Source: a phage. Taken from it: a stretch of 64,000 bases of DNA. The DNA is taken from the sequence record PV636258.1. One strand, written 5' to 3'. The position numbers were made by a program, and so were the translations under genes. Below are positions 40,087 to 50,087 of this stretch, piece after piece. Every line of letters starts with the position of its first letter. Positions within the stretch are counted from its first letter, which is position 1. Under the pieces are notes generated by a model. That model was not told the DNA's origin, did not search any database, and saw nothing but the letters and a program-made list of their open reading frames with translations.

Positions 40087-40350
40087 TTACCAACCACGTG
40101 ATCTCTCCTCTGATTTAACGAAACGTTGAAACTCTTCTGTTTTTCCTTGGCGATGAATAAACACCAACGCCAAAATAAAACGACGGAATGATTTTGGGAT
40201 AAGACGATAGCCGTTGGTCCAATTATAAACGACATCAGAACAATTCATCATCTTCATCATTTGCAATTCAGAAACTCCCAACTCCCGCATAATGGTTAAG
40301 AGATGTAATGAGTCATTATTCTTTCTTGGTTGTTTGTCAACAAGTTTCAT
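40087..40350 (-). CDS. small hypothetical protein
   Basis: 87-aa ORF with AGGTG RBS; preferred over overlapping 100-aa ORF 39933-40235 that lacks an RBS. Confidence 0.3.
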   Translation of the reverse strand: MKLVDKQPRKNNDSLHLLTIMRELGVSELQMMKMMNCSDVVYNWTNGYRLIPKSFRRFILALVFIHRQGKTEEFQRFVKSEERSRGW

Positions 40351-40427
40351 AATAACACCTGGTAATGATTTCTTGGAATTATACTGCTACTGTCTTTATT
40401 GAATGGGGTTCCGAAGAACCCCAATTT

Positions 40428-41855
40428 TCATGCCGCTTCCAACAACACCAAAATATTTTCGATATATGCTTTCTGGATAGCATAGACTTCAGCCAGTGTA
40501 TTAGCGACTTTCTTGTCTGTGCGTACTTCAACGAGACGTGGAAGGAATAGAGACTTCATGGCGTCATCGGTTTTATCCTGTACGCCATTAGAGAGCACGG
40601 CGGCAATCTTACCAATGAAGTCCTCTTGGTTTTCCCACATTCGTAGTCTCAACTCATCTGAGATCCCCGATACGCCAACAACTAAGAGGCCATCAGAGGT
40701 CTTGCAGAGGAGAGATCCAAATGTCTTGGCGTGCTTCCCTTTCTTATCGGCCTCGTTGAAGCCAACGATTTCAAGGTCACATTCTACTTCCATTTTTAGC
40801 TTTAACCCTTCAGATGATGTTCCATCTTCCCAAGGCATATCTGCGGCCTTACAAATCGTGCCTTCTTCCCGACGAGCCAAAGCGTCTTTGAAGTGTTCGA
40901 CAGCTTCTTCAAATGAATGAACAACACGGGTTTCTTGAACCTGAACCAGTCCGTCATCCCCTTCGAACAACTGTTGTATGATATCAAAACGGCGCTCATA
41001 TGGGGTGTCCACACGCTGAGCATTGAACCAATTATCATACGGCACAACGTCCCATACCCGATAGATCACCTTGTAACGATCTTCCAGGGGTTCACCCGTT
41101 TGGATAACACTGTTGAGCTTACCATTGCCGATAGCCCGAGGCAACACTGTATTCGTTTTCAGATCAATGACGAGCAGTTCACCATGGAAGACGCTTTCAC
41201 CAATCCCCGCATCGTAGATCAGGTCTTTGAAAACCAATGATAGGTTATCAACGGAACCACCCGCAATAAGAGAACCGGAACGAGAACGAATCTCTGGGTC
41301 TCTTCCATAACGACAGATGATGTTGGCAAACATGCCATCTGACTTCAGCTGGCTGAAGACGCCGCGCTTGAAGTCCATCTTCTTCAGCAAGTCAATCGTC
41401 ATGTTATCATAACGGTGATATGGAAGGATATTAATCAGACGCCCTGTACCACCTGCTGCGTTGAATGCTGCGTTTATACCTTTCTCGGCAATTCCCGCTT
41501 TGATGTCTCTGTCGAGTATAATTTGTATCAGGGTACGGTAATCCGGATGGATGTTGGTTGCAGCCTTCGCAAGTTCTTGATCTGCCTTCATCCCACCGAT
41601 CTTGCGTTCGGCCATCATATCGAGAACATCATAAACCTGATCCCAGCTACCAACAACGCCGCGCGAGAGCATGCGAGGGAATGCGTTTAGATTGAATTGA
41701 GTGCGGTAATAAGAACGCATCGGGTCGTAGACGTATTGAAGGAAATCAACCAATTCTGGGTTGTTTCTGAACGCCTCGGTCAGCACAGCTTTCTTGGCGT
41801 TGGTGCCTTTGGTATCGCGAAGATTTTGAATTATTTCTAAAAGAGGAAGCATCAT
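40428..41855 (-). CDS. 30: ATP-dependent DNA ligase
   Basis: 475 aa; adenylation motif I LKSDGMFANI (KxDG) and downstream nucleotidyltransferase/OB architecture. Confidence 0.85.
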   Translation of the reverse strand: MMLPLLEIIQNLRDTKGTNAKKAVLTEAFRNNPELVDFLQYVYDPMRSYYRTQFNLNAFPRMLSRGVVGSWDQVYDVLDMMAERKIGGMKADQELAKAATNIHPDYRTLIQIILDRDIKAGIAEKGINAAFNAAGGTGRLINILPYHRYDNMTIDLLKKMDFKRGVFSQLKSDGMFANIICRYGRDPEIRSRSGSLIAGGSVDNLSLVFKDLIYDAGIGESVFHGELLVIDLKTNTVLPRAIGNGKLNSVIQTGEPLEDRYKVIYRVWDVVPYDNWFNAQRVDTPYERRFDIIQQLFEGDDGLVQVQETRVVHSFEEAVEHFKDALARREEGTICKAADMPWEDGTSSEGLKLKMEVECDLEIVGFNEADKKGKHAKTFGSLLCKTSDGLLVVGVSGISDELRLRMWENQEDFIGKIAAVLSNGVQDKTDDAMKSLFLPRLVEVRTDKKVANTLAEVYAIQKAYIENILVLLEAA

Positions 41856-41913
41856 GTGTCTCCAGGGTTATTCGTCATGCTATTATAACCCTAGAGACTT
41901 CAATAGAATTATT

Positions 41914-42252
41914 CTAACTCCTTTCCTTGACAGAAGTGAAAGATTCTTTCCATCCTTTAAATTGTTCGGTCAGGGATTCTTTCCCCATTTCCCCATTGGA
42001 AACGCTATGGATATATGCAAATGCATCGTAACCATAACCAGGCATTGCTTCACAAATACGAAGAGAGACCAATGTTTCGCCAACAGAAACCAGATAATGA
42101 TCACGGCGATGGCTCAAAGGATAGTGATTGTCATGGAATTTGTCGATAACAACGCAGTTCTGGGGTTCGGCGTCAATTGCCAGCCCGTTGGCTTCGCTAC
42201 CGCCGCGCCCAAGGGTGCATCCTGGGAATAATGTTTCTACGAGTGTGGTCAT
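41914..42252 (-). CDS. hypothetical protein
   Basis: 112-aa ORF. Confidence 0.4.
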   Translation of the reverse strand: MTTLVETLFPGCTLGRGGSEANGLAIDAEPQNCVVIDKFHDNHYPLSHRRDHYLVSVGETLVSLRICEAMPGYGYDAFAYIHSVSNGEMGKESLTEQFKGWKESFTSVKERS

Positions 42253-42253
42253 A

Positions 42254-42463
42254 TTACTTCCTCATCATATTCAATAAATTAATTTTACCCTTTGCTTCTG
42301 GGGCATACCAAACGTTCTGAGAGTGCCTCTTACAGCACGGACAATCCTTGGTGGCAATTACACAGGGAGCCTTGTCCACGGCATATCCAGCGTCTTCGGC
42401 TTCCTTGACGGTGTTAAATGGCAAGTATGCACTTGTGCCTTGCCCTCCGCATGAACATTCCAT
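42254..42463 (-). CDS. small Cys-rich protein (zinc-ribbon-like)
   Basis: CSCGG ... CPCCKRH cysteine pairs. Confidence 0.4.
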   Translation of the reverse strand: MECSCGGQGTSAYLPFNTVKEAEDAGYAVDKAPCVIATKDCPCCKRHSQNVWYAPEAKGKINLLNMMRK

Positions 42464-42575
42464 CAGCGTTTCCTCTTAAAGGGGATGATCAGGGCTATGA
42501 TTAACAGCATAGCTGTGATCACTCCGCATGCGATAAGACCGAATGCAAATGATTTCAAAACAAATTGAAAAATAA

Positions 42576-43769
42576 TCATAATTTCCTCAGTTTTGCCCTT
42601 GTGATCTGAGTTTGTTTAACACCTTTGAATTCGGTCAATTCTTTGACGCGACCACGAATGATCATATCACCTTCCAGGAATTCAGTTTCCATATAAGAAG
42701 TCTTCCATGTAATGGTATTGCCTTCCTTGGTTTTGAAAGTATACAGATACGTGTCACCATAATCAGACGAATACAGGAAAATCCTTGCTTCAAATTTGAC
42801 CTGTGCTTCTAACATTTCACCAACTTCACCAACCCAATTTGATACAGTGCGCGTTTGGCGGGGGGTGTGGATATAATCATAATACTTTGCTGCTCCCCAA
42901 CGAACTGTCGTGGAGTCCTTAACGAGGTGATATCCAGGTTCGCACATACGTTTCAACCGGACGTTGAAATCGTTATTTTCAGACAACGATGCGATGAAAA
43001 GCATCATATGATACATCTCTGATTGGGCATCTTCGCGAGCTTTGATAGCCTTATTGTAAAACATTTCTACGTCGGAACCTTTCTCCGGACGAGTGCCGCT
43101 AGAGATATGACCAAGAACCCGACCAAAATCATCACTTTTAATGCTCAGGCCGGACAGCAAAACCTGAAAGCAATTCCGCAAATAACCTTCAGTGTCAACG
43201 TAATCAGGTTCGTTCACTCGATAGATGCCTTCAGGTTCATCTTCATCAGGTGAGAACATTTCATGTATCGACATATAATAAGACATCACGGCATCAAGCG
43301 ATTTCTGATGCGGAACATAATGATGCATGCAGCTGCTACCCACGAGCATCTGTGCGCCAGATTGTTCGTTACGAACGACATATGTGTTATGACGACGCAC
43401 AGATTTGTTGCAATGCTCGCACCAAGATACGTTTTCAGCTTCAAATCTTTGAACGAAATTTGGGTGGATGTCATCTGACAGTTTATTCAGAATGACTTTT
43501 GGATACTGGTGGTTGAATTGTCCAATGATACTCCACCCACCATAAGAAACGGGGCGGTCGATGCCTTCACCAGTTAGAGTACAATCTTGCCACCAACGAT
43601 AAAATTTTTCGCCAGTGATAGAATCGCGGTGTTGTGTTTTGTATGGTTCACTGAACTCAACAAGAGGGAACTCGAGATTCAGGCGCTTGGCCGTTCTTTC
43701 AAGTTTGGCCAGACGTTCCTTGACACGACCAATGTTATCAATTGGGATGCTGAAGGTCTTGGCTTTCAT
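42576..43769 (-). CDS. hypothetical protein (397 aa) with Cys/His cluster
   Basis: WCEHCNKS ... SSCMHHY cluster; sits where T4-like genomes often carry the primase, but no TOPRIM motifs recognised. Confidence 0.45.
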   Translation of the reverse strand: MKAKTFSIPIDNIGRVKERLAKLERTAKRLNLEFPLVEFSEPYKTQHRDSITGEKFYRWWQDCTLTGEGIDRPVSYGGWSIIGQFNHQYPKVILNKLSDDIHPNFVQRFEAENVSWCEHCNKSVRRHNTYVVRNEQSGAQMLVGSSCMHHYVPHQKSLDAVMSYYMSIHEMFSPDEDEPEGIYRVNEPDYVDTEGYLRNCFQVLLSGLSIKSDDFGRVLGHISSGTRPEKGSDVEMFYNKAIKAREDAQSEMYHMMLFIASLSENNDFNVRLKRMCEPGYHLVKDSTTVRWGAAKYYDYIHTPRQTRTVSNWVGEVGEMLEAQVKFEARIFLYSSDYGDTYLYTFKTKEGNTITWKTSYMETEFLEGDMIIRGRVKELTEFKGVKQTQITRAKLRKL

Positions 43770-43854
43770 TTTTGCCTCTCATGATGTAGTGAAACTTTTC
43801 AATGTAGGTTAAATGATAGCCGCAAGTTTTATTGAAGTAAAGTTTTATTGAATT

Positions 43855-43879
43855 AAAGCCCAACAAATGTTGGGCTTTT
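43855..43879. terminator. palindromic hairpin terminator (usable on either strand)
   Basis: AAAGCCCAACAAATGTTGGGCTTTT; on minus strand followed by two TTCAATAAAAC repeats. Confidence 0.5.
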
Positions 43880-43886
43880 ACCGATA

Positions 43887-44189
43887 TTATTCAGCAGTGC
43901 GATCAGGTGCTGCGTTAGGATACAGTGACTCATAAAGATCCTGGTATTTGGCGCTGGTCTCGATGGTCTTGGTATAAGTTCCACCAGCGCGATCGGTAAC
44001 GACTTTGCGCAGATCAACGGCTTTGATGCCTGTTTCTTTTGCCAATTCAGCCAGGGCTTCGGTAACAAAGGTCTGTTCAGACTTGATACGGATCTGGGCG
44101 GCACGACAATTTTCTAAAGTCTGCATCATCTTTTGACGCAGTTTTGGATCAGAAGGGAGTTGATAAAAACCAATTTGTTCAACTGACAT
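43887..44189 (-). CDS. hypothetical protein
   Basis: 100-aa ORF. Confidence 0.4.
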   Translation of the reverse strand: MSVEQIGFYQLPSDPKLRQKMMQTLENCRAAQIRIKSEQTFVTEALAELAKETGIKAVDLRKVVTDRAGGTYTKTIETSAKYQDLYESLYPNAAPDRTAE

Positions 44190-44201
44190 AATATATCCTC
44201 A

Positions 44202-44534
44202 TTAATGACGAGAACCGAGTGGACCGATACTAGTTCCCAAACGGCGCAGGAAGAAATAAACGATACTGTGAAAACCAAACTCAGGAATAATATCAACGCC
44301 TTCAACATTGTAATATTCCTGAGTGTTGGTCTGTACTGGCAATGGAAAAGACGGAAGATCAAGCTGAACCAATTCACCTGGTTCGCAATGTATCTTGACA
44401 TTCTTACCCCAATGCCGACGATTCTTATAAAATTCTAGAGTCTGCTCTGTAGTGAGTTTGAGACTGGTTTCTCCAGACTGGCACACCTGTTGTGCCGCCC
44501 GAATCAGGTCAGCTATAAATGCAACATCCGACAT
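44202..44534 (-). CDS. hypothetical protein
   Basis: 110-aa ORF. Confidence 0.4.
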   Translation of the reverse strand: MSDVAFIADLIRAAQQVCQSGETSLKLTTEQTLEFYKNRRHWGKNVKIHCEPGELVQLDLPSFPLPVQTNTQEYYNVEGVDIIPEFGFHSIVYFFLRRLGTSIGPLGSRH

Positions 44535-44597
44535 GATGTGCTCCTGGGTTAATATTCAGATCATAGAGATTATACCCTATGATCACCATTATTGAAG

Positions 44598-46028
44598 TTA
44601 ACCGAAATTCCAATTGTTCACGGTCTCGGCTTTCTTGACATCATTTACGTCGCCTGTTTTGTTTAAGTCATGTTTGATATGAACATTCTCAACATAACGG
44701 GCTTCCTCTTCTGTCAGGTCTCGCTTGACTTCATTCCAATCCAAGTCAAACAATATCTGTTTATCTTGATCCATACCGAACAAGAACGATTTGAGTTTCT
44801 GTTTATTGGCATAACGGTTTTTCAAGATAGACGCTCGGGCTTTCTTAACAGCCGCCAGTTCATCAGGGGCATAGAACGCCATGATGAAGTCTGCAACCTT
44901 CGGAATACCGATAGCATCTGCCAGGTCGCTAATATCACCATCAGTCGCCGATTGTTTTTCACGGTTAAATTGCATACCTGTCCATACAGGGCAATCAAAT
45001 TCAAATCCAAGCGCACGGAATTCACGCGCCACCGACGTATAATACACGTTGGTGTTCTGCATTAAATGGGCAGGAAGGCGAGAAGACGCTGATTCACCCA
45101 AGTAGTCTATAATAATGACGTCCGGCGTAATTCCCGTGGATGTCGCATAATCAAGGATATCGCGGCGATATAGTCCTGTATGCCCAGCGCCTGAAGGATA
45201 TTCCTTGATAACAATATCACCCTTCATGGAACCGTCTTGACGAGTTCGCAACTTTTGTATCGTGGCGACATATTCATGTCGTGAGAGCTTCTCTAAGGAC
45301 TCGAAGTCCCTGCGCATCATACGGGCATCAAGGCGGTGACGCCAGACGTTCTCAGCCACTTCTAGGGTGAATACGAATACGTTCAACCCTTGCTCGGAGT
45401 AACCAGCAGCCAAATCAATCAGAGTTGTTGTCTTACCCGCATTAATTGCACCCGTCACGATGTTCAGCGTTTTCTTACCAACACCACCACGAGTCGCTTT
45501 GTTGAATATCTCTACAGCGAAAGGAATCTTCGCTTCATTAGAGTTCATGTGGTCGTATTGTTGTTCAGCCATTTCCCAATAGATATGGCCAAGATAAGAA
45601 TCAAAACTTATCGCCAACGCCTCTTGTAGGAGAGTTGGAATCGTGTTCATCTCATCTTTACGTTTCTCATCACCATAGATGTTGACGGCGTGTTTGATCG
45701 CATTATGAACAGCTTTCTGCCGCGCCCAACTTTCTGTTTCTTTTACAAGCCATTCCTGATGGAATGTGTTGTCATTGATATTCTCAAGAGCAGAAATAGC
45801 TTGTTCAAATACGTGTTCGTTGAGCGAAGTCTTTTCCAGCATAATAGACAACGCTTCAACCGAAGGACGAGCATTATATTCGCAAGTGTAATGGTCAATG
45901 AGACCGAATATAATTTTCTCGCCTTCGTTATCGAAATAATCGGCTTTCAAATACGGCTGGATCTTTCTTTGATATTCTTCGTTATAGATTAATTGGGAAA
46001 GCACGACAGATTCGAGTAACATTGGCAA
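44598..46028 (-). CDS. 41: replicative DNA helicase, DnaB family (gp41-like)
   Basis: 476 aa; Walker A GAINAGKTT, DnaB-like C-terminal RecA-fold domain. Confidence 0.9.
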   Translation of the reverse strand: MPMLLESVVLSQLIYNEEYQRKIQPYLKADYFDNEGEKIIFGLIDHYTCEYNARPSVEALSIMLEKTSLNEHVFEQAISALENINDNTFHQEWLVKETESWARQKAVHNAIKHAVNIYGDEKRKDEMNTIPTLLQEALAISFDSYLGHIYWEMAEQQYDHMNSNEAKIPFAVEIFNKATRGGVGKKTLNIVTGAINAGKTTTLIDLAAGYSEQGLNVFVFTLEVAENVWRHRLDARMMRRDFESLEKLSRHEYVATIQKLRTRQDGSMKGDIVIKEYPSGAGHTGLYRRDILDYATSTGITPDVIIIDYLGESASSRLPAHLMQNTNVYYTSVAREFRALGFEFDCPVWTGMQFNREKQSATDGDISDLADAIGIPKVADFIMAFYAPDELAAVKKARASILKNRYANKQKLKSFLFGMDQDKQILFDLDWNEVKRDLTEEEARYVENVHIKHDLNKTGDVNDVKKAETVNNWNFG

Positions 46029-46358
46029 CTACCCCACCAAAATTTTGTTGTAATCCTGAGCATTTTGCTGTATCAGATCAACTAAGATATCCCCAGACAC
46101 CACAGTGAACAAGTCATTTTCTTTCAAATTAACAAATAACAAACGCCATGGTTTCTTCAATATATCTGTTGTAAAGGATAACCGAGGCTCTCCATTATCT
46201 AAATGGACACCCACTTTCCCTATACGAAATTGAACGCCACGGAATTTGCCTTCCGTTATTTCGATTATTGCTAACTGATCAGAACCAGGGTCGATGATTT
46301 TGTAATTAACGGGGGAGTCTCCTCCCCCTGCAATATTACTCGGTTGTTTTGATGACAT
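46029..46358 (-). CDS. hypothetical protein between uvsX and helicase genes
   Basis: 109-aa ORF tightly coupled to both neighbours. Confidence 0.45.
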   Translation of the reverse strand: MSSKQPSNIAGGGDSPVNYKIIDPGSDQLAIIEITEGKFRGVQFRIGKVGVHLDNGEPRLSFTTDILKKPWRLLFVNLKENDLFTVVSGDILVDLIQQNAQDYNKILVG

Positions 46359-47421
46359 TATCGAGGCGCTCCAGCATATCTGCAGGCATAACCGAACTCT
46401 GAGAGATACCGAACATGTTGTTCACATCGTCAACAAAGTCTGGGTTTTCCAGCAGCGGATACCAGAAGTCATCCCCCAGCTCTGCCTTACGATATTTCTT
46501 TTCTTTTTCTGGATCAAACCCGCCTTTGGCAGTGCGTTGATACCAAGAACCACTCACCAAATCCACATACCCCAGCATGCGCGCAATTTCTAACATACCG
46601 GACCAACGGTCAATACCGCCTTCATACAACACAGTGACAGGGAACTTGGCTTTTTCACGGACAAAGCGGCCTTTCATAATGTTGACTGTAAACTGCCATC
46701 CCAAAAGGTCTTTGTCTTCTTTAACTTGAGAACGCGTGATGAACCACAATTGGTTAGAAGACAGGAACCCCTGTTTACCGCCTTTGATGTTCGGCTCGGC
46801 GTATTGGTTCCCGATTTCATCATAGTACGAGTTGATCCATACCAAAACGAATTTCTTTTCAGTGACCAACGGGGTGATAACACGCCAAAAACTATTGAGA
46901 GCGCGAGCGCGGGTCATATCTTGTGTGTCTTTGCCCGCGATGGCATCATCAACTTCTTTGGTAGACGGCAACTGGCTGATTGAGTCAATGAATACGATGA
47001 TCTTGTCACCTTTCTGTGCATCGTTCAGAAGCTGTGTCAGCTTGATCTTCGTCTTTTCAACGTTTTCAATCGGCAGATACAAGACACGGTCCATGTCAAT
47101 ACCCATAGATGTCCAGTAGTTTTCATTCGCACCGCCTTCTGAATCCGCGAAGATACAAATTGCATCAGGAAACTTATCCATGTAAGCCTTAACATCCACC
47201 AGCCCAAACATGGTTTTGAATGTACGAGAATCCCCTACCAACTGTTTGATGCCTGATATCAGACCACCATCAATACGACCGGACCAGGCCAAATTCAGAA
47301 TAGGAATACCCGTACTGCAAATAATGTCAGGCTTCAGCGCATCGGTCTTTGACAGCACTTCGGCATTCGGGTCCAGTTTCTTTGCTGTCTTGAGCATGCG
47401 AGCCATCAATGAATCGGCCAT
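46336..47421 (-). CDS. uvsX: UvsX recombinase (RecA/Rad51 family)
   Basis: 361 aa; N-terminal similarity to T4 UvsX architecture, Walker A GDSRTFKT, KVDDAIAGKDTQDMTRA region. Confidence 0.9.
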   Translation of the reverse strand: MADSLMARMLKTAKKLDPNAEVLSKTDALKPDIICSTGIPILNLAWSGRIDGGLISGIKQLVGDSRTFKTMFGLVDVKAYMDKFPDAICIFADSEGGANENYWTSMGIDMDRVLYLPIENVEKTKIKLTQLLNDAQKGDKIIVFIDSISQLPSTKEVDDAIAGKDTQDMTRARALNSFWRVITPLVTEKKFVLVWINSYYDEIGNQYAEPNIKGGKQGFLSSNQLWFITRSQVKEDKDLLGWQFTVNIMKGRFVREKAKFPVTVLYEGGIDRWSGMLEIARMLGYVDLVSGSWYQRTAKGGFDPEKEKKYRKAELGDDFWYPLLENPDFVDDVNNMFGISQSSVMPADMLERLDNVIKTTE

Positions 47422-47936
47422 TTCGTTTCCTCTTGCTTGTTGATCGTAATTAATAAATCGGTGCCCAAGACTTTCTTGGACAATATATTGATTGCTTCGT
47501 GAATCGCCATTATTGACGGGAGTTTTTCATCGTTAATTTCGGAACCCCCGCGTTCTGTTAAATACATATTACGCAGACGATTGTGCTGTGCCCTGTTGAC
47601 ACAAGAAACATTCAATGCGATATTCAGGATATACATCATTTGTTCAGTTGTAACATCCTTTGGAATAGCATGAACATAATATATCGCATCTTCAAAATAG
47701 ATATGCTGTAATGACTCAGGAATTTCTTCTCCACCGAAAGCAAAATCTTCAATACGTTTGAAAAGGGTTTCCGGCTCTGGTGTTGTAATATGTTGCGTTA
47801 CAGTAGCCGCACCATCTGGTTCTTTGTTGAATTTGGTCGCGATAACGACATGACCGCCTGGTTTAATAAACTCAGCGAAGTTCTCTGCCATGTGCGGGGC
47901 ATATTCCGCATAATATGATACGACAACTGTAAACAT
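47406..47936 (-). CDS. hypothetical protein
   Basis: 176-aa ORF coupled within nucleotide-metabolism operon. Confidence 0.45.
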   Translation of the reverse strand: MFTVVVSYYAEYAPHMAENFAEFIKPGGHVVIATKFNKEPDGAATVTQHITTPEPETLFKRIEDFAFGGEEIPESLQHIYFEDAIYYVHAIPKDVTTEQMMYILNIALNVSCVNRAQHNRLRNMYLTERGGSEINDEKLPSIMAIHEAINILSKKVLGTDLLITINKQEETKWPIH

Positions 47937-48481
47937 TAGAACTCCAGAGTCAGAGGGGTTTCGGCAGACTTGTCATAGTTCGCACCGCCAGCAGCACGTA
48001 GACGATTGCGATCGTTTTTGCGCTTGTGTGCCAGCATGTAGGTCTCAGCATCCAGCCCCAAATATCCGCAAGCCGCTGCCAAGAAGGTAGCCAAAACATT
48101 CCGAAGAGGGTGTGACATGAAATACGTGAACAGTTCAGTCACTTTCCTGAGGTCGTTAGGGGTTTGAATTGGCTGCGCCTGAACGAATCTCACCATTTCT
48201 GGAATATCGTGTGGTTTGTCTTCCTCCTGCAGGACAGCACAGAGCATGAAGTGAACAACGTCCACCAACTCGTATATGGCATCCACTTGTCGCCAATGCT
48301 TACCACCCCCATAGATCTTCCAGTCTATGGTTGTTTCGTCTAGAAACTCTGCCCACTCACGATAGATGGAGTTTGCTATCGCCACTTCGGTCCAGCGCTT
48401 CTTCCACTCTTCCCCAAAATAGGCCACGTTGGTGGCCTTTTGAAGTTCGAGCAGACTTTTAATATGCTCTGCTGTGATCAT
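47936..48481 (-). CDS. 56: MazG-like dNTP pyrophosphatase (gp56 dCTPase/dUTPase-like)
   Basis: EWAEFLDET and ELVDVVHFML acidic helix motifs as in T4 gp56-type all-alpha NTP-PPases. Confidence 0.55.
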   Translation of the reverse strand: MITAEHIKSLLELQKATNVAYFGEEWKKRWTEVAIANSIYREWAEFLDETTIDWKIYGGGKHWRQVDAIYELVDVVHFMLCAVLQEEDKPHDIPEMVRFVQAQPIQTPNDLRKVTELFTYFMSHPLRNVLATFLAAACGYLGLDAETYMLAHKRKNDRNRLRAAGGANYDKSAETPLTLEF

Positions 48482-49047
48482 TTCCGATCCCTATAAAATT
48501 TGACGAACGGTTGCCAACCTTCAAACGGATTGACAAATTCATAATCAACTTCCATCTTATCAATGAAAGCCTCAATGTCATCCTCTATGATACCACCGCG
48601 ATCCGCCTTTGAAATGCGGGTGATGGGACATTTAGTGCTCAGCGCCCATTCATATTCCTGAGGGGTGCGCAAATCACTCACGATATAATGAACGTGTGGG
48701 TTCTGTTCCACCAAAGGAAGTTGATATCGTTTAAAGAATGACAGAAACAGGTCTGGTTGTACGTAACGCAAGCCCGTATCGCTGCCGAGATGAAGCCAGA
48801 TCTGCCGTGGAGTTAATCCCTTGGGGTTATCAGGGTGAACATATGGCAAGTCCTTGATGTCGTCCTCTACTTCCTCTGGCAACCAAGGATAGATGTAATG
48901 AGCCACCCGACGCAACTCGTCTGAGAAAGATAAGCGCTGGATGTCCATATCACCCTGTAAATGGTGAAAGCTGATGAGGGACTCCAAACAGAAGTCCTTG
49001 CCGGAGCGCTTGCGCCCCGTAAAGAATTCCAGATTAGGGTATTTCAT
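48478..49047 (-). CDS. 1: deoxynucleoside monophosphate kinase (gp1-like)
   Basis: P-loop FFTGRKRSGKDF resembles T4 gp1 FLSGVKRSGKDT; ATG at 49047 overlaps upstream stop (ATGA). Confidence 0.7.
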   Translation of the reverse strand: MKYPNLEFFTGRKRSGKDFCLESLISFHHLQGDMDIQRLSFSDELRRVAHYIYPWLPEEVEDDIKDLPYVHPDNPKGLTPRQIWLHLGSDTGLRYVQPDLFLSFFKRYQLPLVEQNPHVHYIVSDLRTPQEYEWALSTKCPITRISKADRGGIIEDDIEAFIDKMEVDYEFVNPFEGWQPFVKFYRDRK

Positions 49048-50087
49048 TCCCCATACCCCCACATGTGTTTACGGTCAACGGGTGATTGTAACAACGCATT
49101 ACGAAGACCATCATCAGCAATCCGACGTTTATCAATTTTAGTATCATTAAGGCGACACCACAGACAATATGACATATCCATCATCAAACCTGTATCTGCG
49201 TTATATTCCTTCAAATGCTCTCTGATTTTACCAAATTCACTGCCAATGTCACAGTGATGAAGTACACCGAGGAACAGATTTTGGATGTTTTCTTGACATT
49301 TCACCTTTTCCGAAGAGAATTCCAACAAAGAATTGTACATACCAGTAGAAGTTCGGGTCTTGTTGGTTATGTTCCCGAGTTGCTTCCGACTGACTTCGTT
49401 GTTGTAATAGTGAAGGTTATTCGAGAACAGTTTATAATTCCCGACTTCCACGTTCAACACCTTCGCCAATACTTCCTGCAAAATGGAGAATTCAATGAAG
49501 TTGATTGAACTCATACCCCAGAGGACATCCTGACTTCGATTGATGACCGTGATGTTCAACCGCCCTTCTGTTATACTGAACAATAAAGCCAGATTACAGA
49601 TCATGTCTTTAGTCTTGGCTTCTCCTGTTTCACTATGCGCGGCCAAACTTTCATCTGAGTCCAGAGCTGGATCATAGATGGTGAGATACGCCTGACGGGT
49701 GTTGGGGTTATTGCGCAAACGGTTGATGACACTATTCAGCTGGCCATAGTTGTACAGGCGTGGTCCGTAAGCACCACGCCACGTTACGCCATCATCCGAG
49801 AAGTTGACCGCACGAGGGAGGACTCGGGAAAGGAAACGGATGTCATTGCGGCCTGACAGAACCCAGAATGTTTCACCAATCGCAGCAAGCGCAGATGAAT
49901 TACGACCTTCAACAGATAACCAACGATCTCGAGGGTCAGCCACCGTAATCGTCACGCCATCAATAAAACGAGTGCCGTCAGTGTTAATCTCTGCGTTGCC
50001 AGGATCTGACTCAATCCCGTGTTCACGGATAGCCAACACAGCTTTCTTCAGCATATCATTATTGTTTAAAGCAAAAATCTCCATCAA
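49044..50087 (-). CDS. thymidylate synthase-family enzyme, divergent (candidate deoxypyrimidylate hydroxymethylase)
   Basis: TS-fold motif series: GAYGPRLYNYGQ, NNPNTRQAYLTIYDP, Cys in DMICNLALLF, NRSQDV, SSINF (Asn at uracil-specifying position), SNNLHYY; 347 aa with C-terminal extension. Confidence 0.8.
   Translation of the reverse strand: MMEIFALNNNDMLKKAVLAIREHGIESDPGNAEINTDGTRFIDGVTITVADPRDRWLSVEGRNSSALAAIGETFWVLSGRNDIRFLSRVLPRAVNFSDDGVTWRGAYGPRLYNYGQLNSVINRLRNNPNTRQAYLTIYDPALDSDESLAAHSETGEAKTKDMICNLALLFSITEGRLNITVINRSQDVLWGMSSINFIEFSILQEVLAKVLNVEVGNYKLFSNNLHYYNNEVSRKQLGNITNKTRTSTGMYNSLLEFSSEKVKCQENIQNLFLGVLHHCDIGSEFGKIREHLKEYNADTGLMMDMSYCLWCRLNDTKIDKRRIADDGLRNALLQSPVDRKHMWGYGE

Noticed and set aside
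39933-40235. Minus-strand 100-aa ORF overlapping the gp59-like gene start
   Set aside because: No Shine-Dalgarno sequence and it overlaps the 87-aa ORF 40087-40350 in another frame; only one can be real and the 87-aa ORF has the RBS.
49044-50087. Interpreting the TS-fold protein as ordinary thymidylate synthase
   Set aside because: Not adopted as the sole explanation because the protein is much more divergent than housekeeping ThyA, carries a long C-terminal extension and is coupled to a P-loop kinase; canonical ThyA function cannot be excluded without alignment and assay.
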